Positions 13,725 through 25,273 of a stretch of DNA of 64,000 nucleotides are shown here, in pieces. The position numbers and the translations under genes were made by a program. The notes below the pieces were generated by a model that saw nothing but the letters and a program-made list of their open reading frames with translations, made no database searches and was not told the DNA's origin. Positions within the stretch are counted from its first letter, which is position 1. Each line of letters begins with the position of its first letter. The DNA lies in NCBI GenBank assembly GCA_963796685.1, contig CAWCMR010000015.1, positions 192,001 through 256,000 on the forward strand, read 5' to 3'. This stretch comes from an uncultured delta proteobacterium. Lineage in GTDB: Bacteria; Myxococcota_A; Polyangia; Fen-1088.

Positions 13725-16700
13725 TTTACCAGCTCCTCGTGTCGCTTCTCGGCGAGCTTCACGACCTCGACGGCGACGCGTTCGTGTTTTGCGCTCAGCG
13801 CCGGGATGTCCGCCAGGAGGATCTCCGTGTCGATGTTGCCCCTAAGCTTCCTGACCTCGATCGGCTTCTTCCAAAAGTCGAGGACATCGATTGTGTTCTG
13901 CAGCAACTCCACGATTCGCAACATCAGCTTCTTGAGCGGTGCGCGCGCCTCGGGCGGGACCTCGCCACCCTCGAAGGCGAGCTGCAACACGTAGTCGTAG
14001 AAGGTGGTGGCTTCCTTGGTCAGGCCCTCGGCCGCCTCGGTGCGTCCTTCCATGGCCTCCCGGCGCAGCTCCTCGTAGCCCTCGGCGAGGGTTTCCCAGT
14101 TGTCGCGGTGGTCTTGGATCAGCTTTTCGAGCTTCTCGCTCAGTCGTTTGTAGAAGGCGGGATCCTCGTCGAAGTGGACAGTGCAGTGCTTGCGGAGGGC
14201 GTGCTCCATCTCGCTCGCCTTGGCTTCGGCGCTGCCCTGCGAATGCTTCTGCACATGGGCGATGAAGTTATCGGAGAGAAGCTCGACCGGCGGGAATCTT
14301 CGGGTTGATCCCCAGATCGATGAGGTGCTCGTTGATCAGCGCCTTCACCTTCTCGCCGGCGTCGGTGATATCGAGCGAGTCGTCCTTGTAGCGCTCCTTC
14401 ACCATGCGCAGCAGGTAGCCGAAGCGCCGCGCGGCGCCGCGATAGGGATGGCCCGCGGGGTTGGGCAGGATCAGGTTCAGGCTCTGCAGGAACTTCTTGA
14501 AGTAGACCTCGAAATCCGCCCTCGGCTTGATCTCCTTCAATGCGCCCACGGCGGCGTGTAGGAGCGCGACCTCGGCCTCGGGCGTGGGCAGCGTGCCTTT
14601 CACGAAGCCCTCGATCTCGGCGAGACCCGCCACGCGGAAGTGCTGGAGCAGGCGCTGGTAGCGTTCTTCCAGGATCGGCATCTCGCTCAGGATGTTCTTC
14701 AGACCCTCCCGAATGTCCTGCTCGTCTTCCTTGGCATAGATGGACAGGGCGTAGGTCAGGTGGTTGGCCAGGCCGATGTAGTCGACGATGAAGCCCCGGT
14801 GCTTGTTGCTGGCGACCCGGTTCACACGCGCGATGGCCTGCAAGCAGGTTGTGCTCGCGCAGTCTCTTGTCGATATACATGACCTGCTCCACCGGCGCGT
14901 CAAACCCGGTGAGTAGCATGTCGCAGACGATAAGGAAGGCGATGCCGGTGAGTACCTTGTCCGGGTCGTCAAGATCGAAGGGCTTGCAGAAATTTTCGAC
15001 CGCGTTCCAACGCTTGGCTTCCTTGCGCGCCAGGGTGATGGCCGCGGGCTCGTTGGTCGGCATCTGACGAAATCACGACCACGGCTTTCAGGAACTCCAC
15101 GCGGCGGATCAGGGTTTGGTCGGGCTGGGCCTGCACCCTTTCGCGGTCGAGGCGCTCCTGGAGCGCGCCGCGAATGGCCTTCTGATAGCGGATGGCGGCC
15201 AGCTTCGAGTGGCACACAACCTGGGCCTTGAAGCCGTCGGGCAGGATGTTGTCGACGTAGTGGTCGACCAGATCCCTGGCGACGGCGGCGATGCGCTTCT
15301 CGGCTTCCAGAATGTCCCCGGTGGCGCCGTACTTCTTCTTGATGGCCAGCAGCTCTTCCTCGCTGCGCTCCTTGAAGAGATCCTCGAACTTGGTATCGAA
15401 GCCGTGCTTGTCCTTCAACGCCGTTTCGGCGGTCCGGCCTTCGTACAGGATCTGCAGGGTGGCGCCATCGTGCACGGAGTCCATGAGCTTGTACTGTGTC
15501 GATGTACTCGCCGAATCGCTTGACCGTGCGGTGGTGCTCTGCCCCCTGCTGCTCGGTGATAAGAGGCGTGCCCGTGAAGGCGATGCGGGTCGCATTGGGG
15601 AAGGCCTCGAACAGGTTGTCGCCCAGATCGGAGCCCTGGGTGCGGTGGGCCTCGTCAATCATCAGCAGGATGCGCTCGGACAAATTGACGACACCGAAGG
15701 TCTTGCTCGACGGGATGGCCTGGTAAGCCGCAGGTGGTTCGGCAGCCAGGGAAACACCTTCGGCATTGATCGGCGCGGCTTTGGGTTTGCGCAGCGCCTG
15801 GGCCACGGCCGTCGGCAGGGCCTCGGCACGCTCGACGAACTTGTGCGACCATCGACCATGTTCACGTCGGACGCAGCGGTGCGCAGGTGCTCCCGGAGCT
15901 GGGCCGTGCTCTCGATGACGTTGACCTTGCCGCCGATGAGTCTCGCCGTGCCGGCGAGCTGGTCTTCCAGGTCGATACGGTCGTTGACCAGCAGTATCTT
16001 GAAGTCCTCCAGATCCGCCGAGGCCCGCAGCATGCGCGCGACGAAGACCATGGTCAGCGACTTGCCCGAGCCCTGGGTGTGCCAGACCACCCCCGAGCGA
16101 GCCTCCGGCGGTCTGGCCGGCCCGCAGACGAGCGATGATCTTGTAGGCGGCCCGGTACTGCTGGTAGCGGCACACGACCTTGATGCGGCGGCCGGCATCG
16201 GTGTCCATGAACACGGTGCAGGTGCGCAAGACATCGAGCAGCGTCGCCGGGGCGAGCAGCCCCTGAATCAGCTTCTCTTGTTCGCGCTCGACGCCCGAGC
16301 GGTGGGGTGTAGGCGCGGTTGGCTTCAGGCCAGATGTCCTTCCAGGCGTGGAAGTGCTCGTGGCCAGAGGTGATGGAGCCAAACTCGGCCCTCTCGCCGC
16401 AGGTGCGAACCAGCAAGAGGTTCGTGTAGAAGAGGCGCGGCTCGCCCTCGCGCAACCCCGCCTTGGCCGTCTCGGGGCGACCATTGCGATAGCGCAAGAG
16501 CTGCTCGAAAGCCGCGTGCAAGGGATTGGCGGTGTTGGGATCGCCGATCTTGGCCTCGACGACCACCAGCGGGATGCCGTTCACGAACAGAACGATGTCC
16601 GGGATGATGCAGCTCTTCACGCAGCCAGGCGTGTCGATGCGGAACTGGTTGATGGCGTGGAACCGGTTGCGCGCGGGGTGGCCGAAAGTCAATCAGCTTC

Positions 16701-17050
16701 ACCACCGGATCGGCCTCGCCCGTGACCTCGTTGCGGTCGACCTGAGCCTTCAGGAACAGGGCCTGCGCCGCCTCGTTCGCTTCGAGCAGGGTACGGTTGG
16801 GCTGGCGCAGGATCTGGTCGCGCAGATCGTCGAGCTGGCGATCGGTGAGCCAAGGCTTGCCGCCCGTGGTGAGGTTGATCGACCGAACCGCCTCACGGAA
16901 AACCCGCGGCAGAATCCACTCACGGAACCCGTCGCGCAGGCTCGCCGCCGGATCGGACGGGATGAAGCCTTGCCCCTGGTCGATGGCCGTCCATCCCAGC
17001 CCGTTGAGCTGATCGAGAAACGGCTTCTCGACGTGGAGGTATTCAGACAC
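13721..17050 (-). CDS. hsdR: Type I restriction subunit R, interrupted by about 9 single-base insertions
   Basis: Across frames: PDIVLFVNGIPLVVVEAK nuclease, WHTQGSGKS, IDEAHR, FTGTP, MLLTGFDAP, QAIARVNR; GTG start overlaps the hsdS stop. Confidence 0.93.
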
Positions 17051-18341
17051 GGGCGGCGGCCTTCTGAGTATCGGCGACCGGCACGCGCACGCGACCGGTG
17101 AGGAGGTCGTGCATGAGGCCGGCCTTGAGACTCTGGTACTTCCTCGCCAGAGCGCCCTCTTCCGCAAGCCTGTCGTTGACGGCTGATTGGCGGGCAAGAA
17201 TCTCATCTTGTTCGGGGACACCCGGAACCGCCACGAGCAGGTCGCGAAGCTCGCCCACGTTGAAATGCTGCTGCGCCAGCCCGCCTTGCTTGCGAAGCAC
17301 CTGTTCCTTTCCAAAGGACGAGTTGATCCATGCCGAAAGGAAACCGGAACGCAAGCCTTGTGACGGGCGTGTGATCAAGATGTCGATACAGTTTGCACCT
17401 GCATACGCAGGGGGAACCACCGCGCTGGTGCCCGGATACCCCGTGCGAACGCTAAGCACGTCGCCAGCGCGAACCTGGCTCTTGGACAAAAGCGCATTGG
17501 AACGCGGCGAGATGAACACCAGGTCGGACGAATCTAGTCCGTCCTCCCGGATGTTCGCCGAGCGAAATGCCGGAACGCCCTCGGCTACATAGTATTGCGC
17601 TGGACGAATCACGATACCGACGGTGATCAACTCGCTGACTTTCGAACAGGGCCGTACCTCCCATTCCTTCGGAATCCAACCGAGGGGGGATTCTTTGTAG
17701 AGCTTTGGGGCTTCGGCGCGCGGGGGGCGCAGATGGCCGTCGGGCGTCACGCCGCGGGTGAAGAGGTCGTGCATCAGGCCAGCCTTGATCTGCTGGGTCT
17801 TGGCGATCAGCGCTTCGGTCTGCTCAATGGCCTCGTCGACCGTAGTGAGGATCTCAGCTATGCGCGGCTGTTCCTTTGACGGCGCAACAAGCACTTCAAA
17901 TCGCTCTGTATCCCTCTTGTTGACCTCTAGGAACGTGCTTCCGATGCCGAGGGACTGATAGCGCTCCTTGCTGCGGAGCATTTGATAGTAGAGGAACTCA
18001 CCGTCGGTGCCATTGATTGGAACGAGGCTCTTGAAACCCTGGTTTGTGCAGACCTCTCTGCCGGCGATCCGAATCTCGCCGAGGGTTGCCCGGGAGGTCA
18101 TGAGCAGGGCGCCCGCCGGGAGGAGCGTCGCGCTGCATGAGCGCAGGCCACGCTCCGTTATTCGCTCCTTGGTTATGGACAAACCACGACCAGTCGTACC
18201 GGTAAGGTCTGTCGGTGTTACCCAGAGAACAGTGCCATCCTTCCAGTATTCAGGGATGTACCTCGATGGCGTGCCACCGCTGACGACACGGGCAACTTTG
18301 CAGAGCGGCTCGGAATGCCACCCGTCTTGTCGACGGCTCAT
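17043..18341 (-). CDS. hsdS: Type I restriction specificity subunit S
   Basis: SGGTPS, TNQGF, EQPRIAEIL...KAGLMHDLFT repeated twice (two TRDs plus conserved helices). Confidence 0.95.
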   Translation of the reverse strand: MSRRQDGWHSEPLCKVARVVSGGTPSRYIPEYWKDGTVLWVTPTDLTGTTGRGLSITKERITERGLRSCSATLLPAGALLMTSRATLGEIRIAGREVCTNQGFKSLVPINGTDGEFLYYQMLRSKERYQSLGIGSTFLEVNKRDTERFEVLVAPSKEQPRIAEILTTVDEAIEQTEALIAKTQQIKAGLMHDLFTRGVTPDGHLRPPRAEAPKLYKESPLGWIPKEWEVRPCSKVSELITVGIVIRPAQYYVAEGVPAFRSANIREDGLDSSDLVFISPRSNALLSKSQVRAGDVLSVRTGYPGTSAVVPPAYAGANCIDILITRPSQGLRSGFLSAWINSSFGKEQVLRKQGGLAQQHFNVGELRDLLVAVPGVPEQDEILARQSAVNDRLAEEGALARKYQSLKAGLMHDLLTGRVRVPVADTQKAAARV

Positions 18342-19459
18342 CGCCCCACCTCCTCGGCCCAAGCCATCAGCTTCTGCCTCAGCTCTTCCTTCGACGGCAG
18401 GTAGAGCTGGTACTGCGAGGCGTAGATGTTGCTGTTCTCGGGCAGGGTCAGTTCGACCAGGGCGTCGTTCTTGCGGTGGCAGAGCAAGATGCCGATGGTG
18501 GGCGCCTCGGCCTCGGTTCGCACATGCCGGTCGAAGTAGTTCACGTACATCTGCATCTGGCCGAGATCCTGGTGGGTCAGCTTGTCGACCTTCAGATCGA
18601 TGAGCACGTAGCAACGGAGGAGCCGGTTGTAGAAGACCAGGTCCACGTAGAAATGGTCGTTGTCGAAGGTGAAGCGCTTCTGCCGCGCCTCGAACAAGAA
18701 GCCCTTGCCCAGCTCCAGCAGGAAGTGCTCAAGCTTGTCGATGATAGCGGTCTCCAGCTCGTGCTCGCTGTAGCCGGCTTGCTCCGCCAGACCCAGGAAC
18801 TCCAGCACGTAGGGGCTCTTGACGATGTCCGCCGCCTTCTCGATGGCCAACCCTTCTTCGGACAGCTTGCGGATCGCGTCCTTGTCGCGGCTCAGGGCCA
18901 GGCGCTCGTACAGGCCGCTGCCGATCTGCCGTTCCAGCTCGCGCACGCTCCAGGCGCTGGCTATCGCCTCCAGCTCGTAGAAGCGGCGTTCGTCGGGATT
19001 GCCCAGGGTCAGCAGCGCCACGTAGTGGGACCAGCCCAGCTTGAAATGGCTGGTCAGGGCTTCGAGAAGGGCGGGCTGCAGGGATCGCGTCAGGCTGGAT
19101 CCAACAGAAGGTGTCTGTTGCATGTCGGGCATGGCCGCCTGGGGGCCAGATTCAACAGACACCGTCTGTTGGATCTGCGGATAGGCCTCGTAGAAGGCGC
19201 GGAACTTGCGCAGATTGGTGGGGGAGATGCCCCGAAGTCCCCTACCAGAGAGGGTCGTGGCCAGCCGGTCGATCAGCGCTTTACCATAGAGCTTGGCGCG
19301 GTCGGCCCCGCCTTGTTCGTATTCCACGATGTAGTAACCGAACAGCCAGTTGCGCACGACCAGGGCGACGTCGACGGATCGCGCCGCGCGCGCCTGCAGT
19401 GCACGGTGGGTTTCCTCGAACAGGCCGACCAGTCTCTGGAAGTCGGGCGCGTCACTCAT
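18338..19459 (-). CDS. DUF1016/YhcG PD-(D/E)xK nuclease-like protein
   Basis: LGWSHY, KSPYVLEFL, FLLELGKGF, DLVFYNRLLRCYVLIDLK, GQMQMYVNY. Confidence 0.93.
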   Translation of the reverse strand: MSDAPDFQRLVGLFEETHRALQARAARSVDVALVVRNWLFGYYIVEYEQGGADRAKLYGKALIDRLATTLSGRGLRGISPTNLRKFRAFYEAYPQIQQTVSVESGPQAAMPDMQQTPSVGSSLTRSLQPALLEALTSHFKLGWSHYVALLTLGNPDERRFYELEAIASAWSVRELERQIGSGLYERLALSRDKDAIRKLSEEGLAIEKAADIVKSPYVLEFLGLAEQAGYSEHELETAIIDKLEHFLLELGKGFLFEARQKRFTFDNDHFYVDLVFYNRLLRCYVLIDLKVDKLTHQDLGQMQMYVNYFDRHVRTEAEAPTIGILLCHRKNDALVELTLPENSNIYASQYQLYLPSKEELRQKLMAWAEEVGR

Positions 19460-21936
19460 ACCCCAGCTCCTGCAGGAAGCCTTTCAGCTTCTTGGCCGCG
19501 CCATCGCGCCGCTCCTCGATTTCCTCGGCGGTCACCGCGTACTTCGCGTGCAGATTCTCCAGCGCCGCCAGACAAGCGCGCTGGTCGGCGCGCAGGTAAG
19601 ACTCGTAGGTCTGCACCAGCAGCCTGTGCAACCGGTCCACGATAATCTTGCGGGCGTCGTCCCGTTCGATCTTCTCTCGCGCGGCGGCGACCAGCTCTTC
19701 CTGCTTCTGCTCGGTGACGCGCAGGTCGGCCTTGAGCTGCTTGGCCTCGTCCTCCAGCGCCTTGTGCCGGGCCAGCTTGGCCTCGATGGCGGTCGCCTCC
19801 TTGTCGAGGACACGCCAATCACCCAGGCCCGGATCGCGCTTGGCCAGCTTGCCGTCGCCCCTGACCTGCTTGAGCTTGGCCTTCAGCTCCTTGACCTGGT
19901 CGCCGGGAAGCACGCCCAGGTCGTCGGCGTCTTCGTAGTCCTCCTCGTCGGCGGCTGCGAACAGGGCCGAAAGCTCGGCCAGACGGGTGCGTTTGGTTTC
20001 GATATCGGCCAAGACCTCGGGGAACTGGCTTTCCAGGATGTCGCTGTCGGGGATCAGCTCGGGCCCCCAGCCGCTGGCCGCGATGGACTTGAGGTCGGCC
20101 TTCAGCTCGTCCACGTACCGGGCAAAGGCGCCGCGGACCTGGTGCCCGTCGAGCAGGGTGTTGCCGGCCAAGGCCTTGTCGATGGAGGCAAGCAGGTCGC
20201 GCCGCAAGGCATAGACGTTGCCTTTCTTGCCGTGGCTCGGGGCCAGCGCCTCGATGCCCGGCAGGTGCTTCTTCCACCAGGCATCGAGCGTTTTGAGAAA
20301 TGCCTGGTGGGCGGCGGCGACGCTCTGGTCGCCGTTGACGATCTCGGCCAGGGCGCGACGGTCGGTCACCTCGGCCGTGAAATCGAGGTACGCCGGGCCA
20401 CCGGCGCGGGCGCGGAAGCAGCGCTTGCGCAGCTCGGGAAAGTTGGTCCAGTAATGCGCGAGCGCATCGACCTCCGACTTGGGAACCCCGCCGTGCAGGT
20501 GAGCCTGCACGTCATGGGGCTCGGGCGGCGGGGCGTTGTCGACATAGCGCCGGATGTTGCAGTTGAAGTCCTCGCCCTCGATCTCGCCGACCGGCACCCG
20601 ACGCGCGTAGCCGGGCAGGTCCTCGGCGGCGCCGCTGGTCAGGGCGCGGTAGGCGTGAACGATGCGCGAGATGTCCTCGGCGCGCAGGAAGTTCTGGGCC
20701 TTACCCTCGCGATAGTCGCGATCGGCGTTGATGAAGACGACGTGCTTGCGCGCCTGCGCGTCCTTCTTGTTCATCACCAGCAGGCAGGCGGGAATGCCGG
20801 TACCGTAGAAGAGTCCAGCCGGCAGGCTGATGATCGCTTCGAGCCAGCCGTGCTCGATGAAGTGCCGGCGCGCCTCGCGCTCTTCGCCGCCGCGGAAGAG
20901 CACGCCGTGGGGCATCACGGTGGCCATCTTGCCGTTGGCCTTCAGCACGGCCACCATGTGCTGGACGAACATCAGGTCGGCCTTCTTGCCCTTCTCGGGC
21001 AGCCACACCGCAAAGCGCCCCGGATACTCGATGTCCTTCTTGATGTAGTTCTGACTGAAGGGGGGATTGGCCAGGACGCGATCGTAGCGCCGAAGCTCGC
21101 CCTTTTCGTCCTTGTGCTGGGGCCGGCGGATGGTGTCTTCCTGCCGGATGTCGGCGTGGGAGATGCCGTGCAGGAGCATGTTCATCTTGCAGATGGACCA
21201 GGTGGTCCCGATGTTATCCTGGCCGAAGAGGGAGAGGTCGCGAGGATCGCCGCCGCACTCGGTGATGTAGTCGCGGCTCTGAATCAGCATCCCGCCGGAC
21301 CCGACGGTCGGGTCGTAGATGCTCATGCCTGATTGCGGCTCGACGATCTCGACCATCGTTCGCACGACGTCAGCGGGCGTGTAGAACTCGCCGGCCTTCT
21401 TGCCGGCCGAATCGGCAAAGTATTTGATCAGGTACTCGTAGGCGGCGCCGAGCAGGTCGGGAAACTCGAAGTTCTCGTCGCGCAGCGGAATCTTCTCGAA
21501 GTTCTGGACGAAGTTCGAAAGGGTGTCGTCATCGAGGGTGTGCTGGCCAATCTTGCGGTTGAAGTTGATGTGCTTGAGCACGTCCTGCAGAGCATCGGCG
21601 TTGGCGTCTTCGAGGGCCTCGAGCGCCTTGTTGAGCGCCGGATCCCACGTTCGTCTTGAGGTGGCGGATCTTTGACCAACGGGCTTCCTCGGGCACGAAG
21701 AAGTCGTATTGATCCGGGCTGTTGAGCTGCTTGGCCAGGACCTTGGCCGGCATGCCCTTGTCCGCAAGCGTTTTCTCGAGCCGCTCGCGCTGCTGGTCGA
21801 AGAGGTCGGAGAGCCTCTTCAGGAAGAGCATGCCGAAGATGTATTCCTTGTACTCCGAGGCATCCATGTTGCCGCGCAGGTCGTCGCACGCGCGGAGGAG
21901 GAGGCCGGAGAGCTGGCTGAGGGTCAGTTTGGTCAT
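19452..21936 (-). CDS. hsdM: Type I RM N6-adenine methyltransferase subunit M (one frameshift near 21640)
   Basis: [44 protein letters not shown]; long C-terminal coiled extension. Confidence 0.95.
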
Positions 21937-23583
21937 GGGGTCAGCATCTTCACTGTATGGTCCAGGTCGTCTTGGCGAGCTTCGAGCAGCCGATCCTGGC
22001 GGTCCCTGATCTTGTCAGCGGACCACTCTGGCTCGAGGCAAATTTCTTTCGTGAGGTCGAAGGACACCTTGTTGTTGCGGGCGGTGTAGATGTTCTTCTT
22101 CCGATCGAAGTCGAAATATTGGGCCTTGTAGTTCTTGTGACCGCACAAAAGGGCCAGGTTGCCGAGGCGGTGGAGCCACAATTTGTGCTGGTCCACGCTG
22201 AAGCGCGTCTGCCAGTAAGGATCCTTCAGGGCTTGGGGGAGCACGTGCTCGATGGTCAGCCGCCCGCTGTAGCTCTTGGTGACGGAATCGTCTTGGGCGG
22301 CTTCTTCCAGGCGCAAGAGAACGGCCAGGTCGAAGGGTTTGCCGTAGAATCTCACTGCCCAACAGCTCGAGAAACTCCGTGTTCTGTGCGTTCTTCTTGA
22401 AGATCTGGCGGATGTCGCTGGCCTCTCTCCCATCTCGAATCGCGCTGATGAGCTGGAAATAGACGGTGAGTCGGGCTGTGCGACCGAGACGCCGGACCCA
22501 GTTCTGCATCGTGATCTTCTCTAGCAGCTCGATGAACTCCTGTTCTGACAGTCCGTCGACAGGATGATTCAGGTATGCGAGGAGTGGCGGGATCCACTCG
22601 TCGTACTCAACACGATGCAACGCCCTGATCGATCGAAGCGCGCCGGAGCCGGCGAAAGCTCCCTCGACAACACGCATGTAGTTTTTGGCGGAGGCAACCA
22701 CCGAATCGAGAAAAGCGAATGAGCCGCCCTTCGTCTCGGTGATCAGAGGCTCAATCTCCTCATGCAGGGCACCACGGGCCTTTGCGGCGCGAAGAGATGT
22801 CCGGTGGTGGCCAAAGAAGGCGTCCAGCCGTTCAAGTCCGAGCTCCTCCTCCAGCTCGAGCCAGCGTTCCTCGAGCTCTTGGCTTCGGCCGGCCTGCCCC
22901 TCCAGGTGACTGAAGAGTGAATTCTTGATCAGGTCGGCATTCGAAAGCGGCATGCCGCGCGCGTTTAGAACGTTGAAGAGTCGATAGGCCGATTTTCGTG
23001 ACTGGGTGGTAACGAAGACCACGTAGACCTTCGAAAGCAGGTAGTTCGCGAACAACTTGAGCTCCCGTTGGTCTTGCCCCTTGTCCTGGCAGAACGCGTC
23101 GACGACTTCGAGGTTTTCTGCCAGGCGCCGTTGCGGTGTCTCAAGTCTGTCGCGATCCTCGGTAGGCAGTGCCTGACCGTCAAGCACATGCTTCCGGAAG
23201 AACGCCCGGTCCTTCTGCCGCAGAAGCAGCCGTGGCGTTTCGGCCTCGCCCGTCAAGACATTGCGGGGCAGGATTCGCTTTCCAAGCTCGGCCTTGGCGG
23301 CATCGTCTGCGATGCGATCCCGAAGACGCGCAAAGATGAGGTTTAGGGTTGTCAGGCGTTGCTGCCCATCGACGACGTCATATCGCCGGTCTTTCTCGGT
23401 CTCGATCGTTATAAGGGACCCGATGAAATATTCGGCATCCTCCGCTTTGTACGCCTCCCACACGTCATCGAGAAGTTGCTGAACGTTGTCCCTCTCCCAG
23501 GAGTACGGGCGTTGGTAGGGAGGGATCTCGTAGCAAAGTTGCTCCGTGAGGATTTTGGAGATCGTGCGCTCTTCGGCGTTCAT
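21933..23583 (-). CDS. DUF262 + DUF1524 (GmrSD-like) nuclease (one frameshift near 22350)
   Basis: [25 protein letters not shown]; C-terminal IEHVLPQ...HRLGNLALL...N HNH-like motif. Confidence 0.9.
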
Positions 23584-23749
23584 CTGGTCCTCGTCTGGTT
23601 GGGTGGCATGTCTACGCCGCCGAATTGTAACAGCATCAGGCGGCAATCGCTGAAATCGGTCCGCCAGAATCTAGGCAAGGTGCGATGTCGAAAGAAGTCG
23701 GCGTTCACGTATGCCGCAGGGTGGTCCGCCAGCCCTCCGGGATTACCGC

Positions 23750-23890
23750 CCGGAGGTCCCGCTCGCTGATCAGATCGACATCGTCGCGAGAATCAGCGAA
23801 GAGAATCCTTTCCTGGCTGTCCGGCGCCAACAGCGTTGCGTCCCGCAGGCTGCATGATTCTCGCACTCGTCGCCCCGAGTCGCCGTGACA
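23750..23890 (-). pseudogene. Remnant of the small accessory gene of serine-recombinase elements (copy 1)
   Basis: RRLG..ARIMQ..TLLAPDSQERILF..ISERDLRAV matches the copy at 25272-25402. Confidence 0.55.
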
Positions 23891-23935
23891 GATCTGCCCG
23901 ATCATGCGTGGTGGGAGTCAGCGTGTTTCCAGGGG

Positions 23936-24070
23936 TCAAGCACGTGGCGGCTGGATGAATAGGCGGCGCTTCCCGACGACGTACAAGGCAAACGCCCACC
24001 AGCAGGCCAAGAGCACGACCGTCTCCATGTGTGTGGCATGCACGATCGTGCCCGAGTCGATCAGGCTCCC
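23936..24070 (-). pseudogene. Duplicated 3' fragment of the zinc-ribbon membrane gene at 49679-50284
   Basis: 135 bp colinear with 49679-49813 including the stop codon. Confidence 0.8.
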
Positions 24071-24204
24071 TCTCCATCAACCGCTACAAGGAGACGAAGC
24101 ACGAAGAGGTCAAGTACGACCCGCCCAAGAAGATCATTGCCAAGCTACGCGCCTTGGAAACGGAGATCTCCAGGGATCTTGACGAGCTGGAGGCGATGCT
24201 GTGA
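24070..24204 (+). pseudogene. C-terminal remnant of a second type I hsdM
   Basis: LSINRYKETKHEEVKYDPPKKIIAKLRALETEISRDLDELEAML*; stop overlaps the GTG of the next gene. Confidence 0.7.
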
Positions 24205-24912
24205 CCAAGAAGCTCGCCAAGCCACGCGCTGCGAAGGTTGCACCACCGAGCCTGGCTCGCCGGCCGGCTGGCTATGCCGAGTGGCTCGCGGACGTGAAGG
24301 AACGTGTCCGCGCCGCACAGCAGCGCGCGTCCTTGGCGGTGAACCACGAGCTTCTGCGACTTTACTGGGGGATCGGGCGCGACATCCTCGACCGGCAGGT
24401 GGCGGGAACCTGGGGCGAGGGCATCGTCGACCAAGTGGCGGCCGACCTGCGCGCCGAGTTTCCGTCGATGAAGGGCTTTTCGCGTTCGAACGTCAAGTAC
24501 ATGCGGGCCTTCGCCCAGGCGTGGCCCGACCCTGTATTTGGCCAACAGCCTGTTGGCCAAATTCCCTGGGGCCACAACCTGGTCCTGCTGACCAAGCTGA
24601 AGGACAAGAACGCGCGACTTGCCTACGCCACCAGCGTGCTCGAACACGGCTGGTCCCGCGCAGTCCTGGTTCACCATCTCAAGACGCGCACCGTGGAGCG
24701 CCGGGGCAAGGCCATCACCAACTTCGAGCAGCGCCTGCCCAAGCCCCAGTCCGACCTCGCGCGCGAGAACCTGAAGGATCCCTATCGCTTCGACTTCCTG
24801 GGAGTGGGCGAGGAAGCCGACGAACGCGCGCTCGAGGACGCCCTGGTTCACCACATCACCAAGTTCCTGCTGGAGCTGGGCGCGGGCTTCGCCTTCGTCG
24901 GCCGCCAGGTGC
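24201..24912 (+). pseudogene. Truncated DUF1016/YhcG
   Basis: LYWGIG, IPWGHN, KDPYRFDFL, FLLELGAGFAFVGRQV, then breaks before the catalytic motif. Confidence 0.85.
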
Positions 24913-25046
24913 GGGGATTTCGACAGTCGGTATAGGAACCGTTCCATCGCGTAGTATTGCAGCAACTCCTGGAACGGCCGCCGCGTCTCTTGGGCGCGTG
25001 CCTGCAGGCGTGCTTGCACCGAGGCGGGGAGGTTCTTGAGTGTCAC
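24909..25046 (-). pseudogene. N-terminal fragment of an AbiEii nucleotidyltransferase toxin
   Basis: KNLPASVQARL...FQELLQYYAMERFLYRLSKSPH, truncated before the LKGG motif. Confidence 0.75.
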
Positions 25047-25273
25047 GGCATGACCTCGATGTAGGGACGCAGGGCTCGCTCCACGTGGCGCATTCGTGCG
25101 TACTTGAGCAGGAGGTCGAGCTTCCCTTTCCGGCGCTGCCGCCATAGCCGGAGCGCTTCGATGACCACGTCCATCCCGATTTTGTTGCGGTAGCGGAAAC
25201 AGTCCACGATGGTCTTTTCCGGATCGCAGATGCGAACGCGGACGCTGTCGAGCGTGTGGGGCTCGATGCCCTC
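25043..25273 (-). pseudogene. C-terminal fragment of an AbiEi antitoxin
   Basis: PEKTIVDCFRYRNKIGMDVVIEALR...RPYIEVMP*; stop overlaps the AbiEii start. Confidence 0.75.

Noticed and set aside
13721-17050. Programmed frameshifting or phase variation of hsdR
   Set aside because: Too many independent +1 sites in short runs and no long slippery tract; a sequencing artefact is simpler
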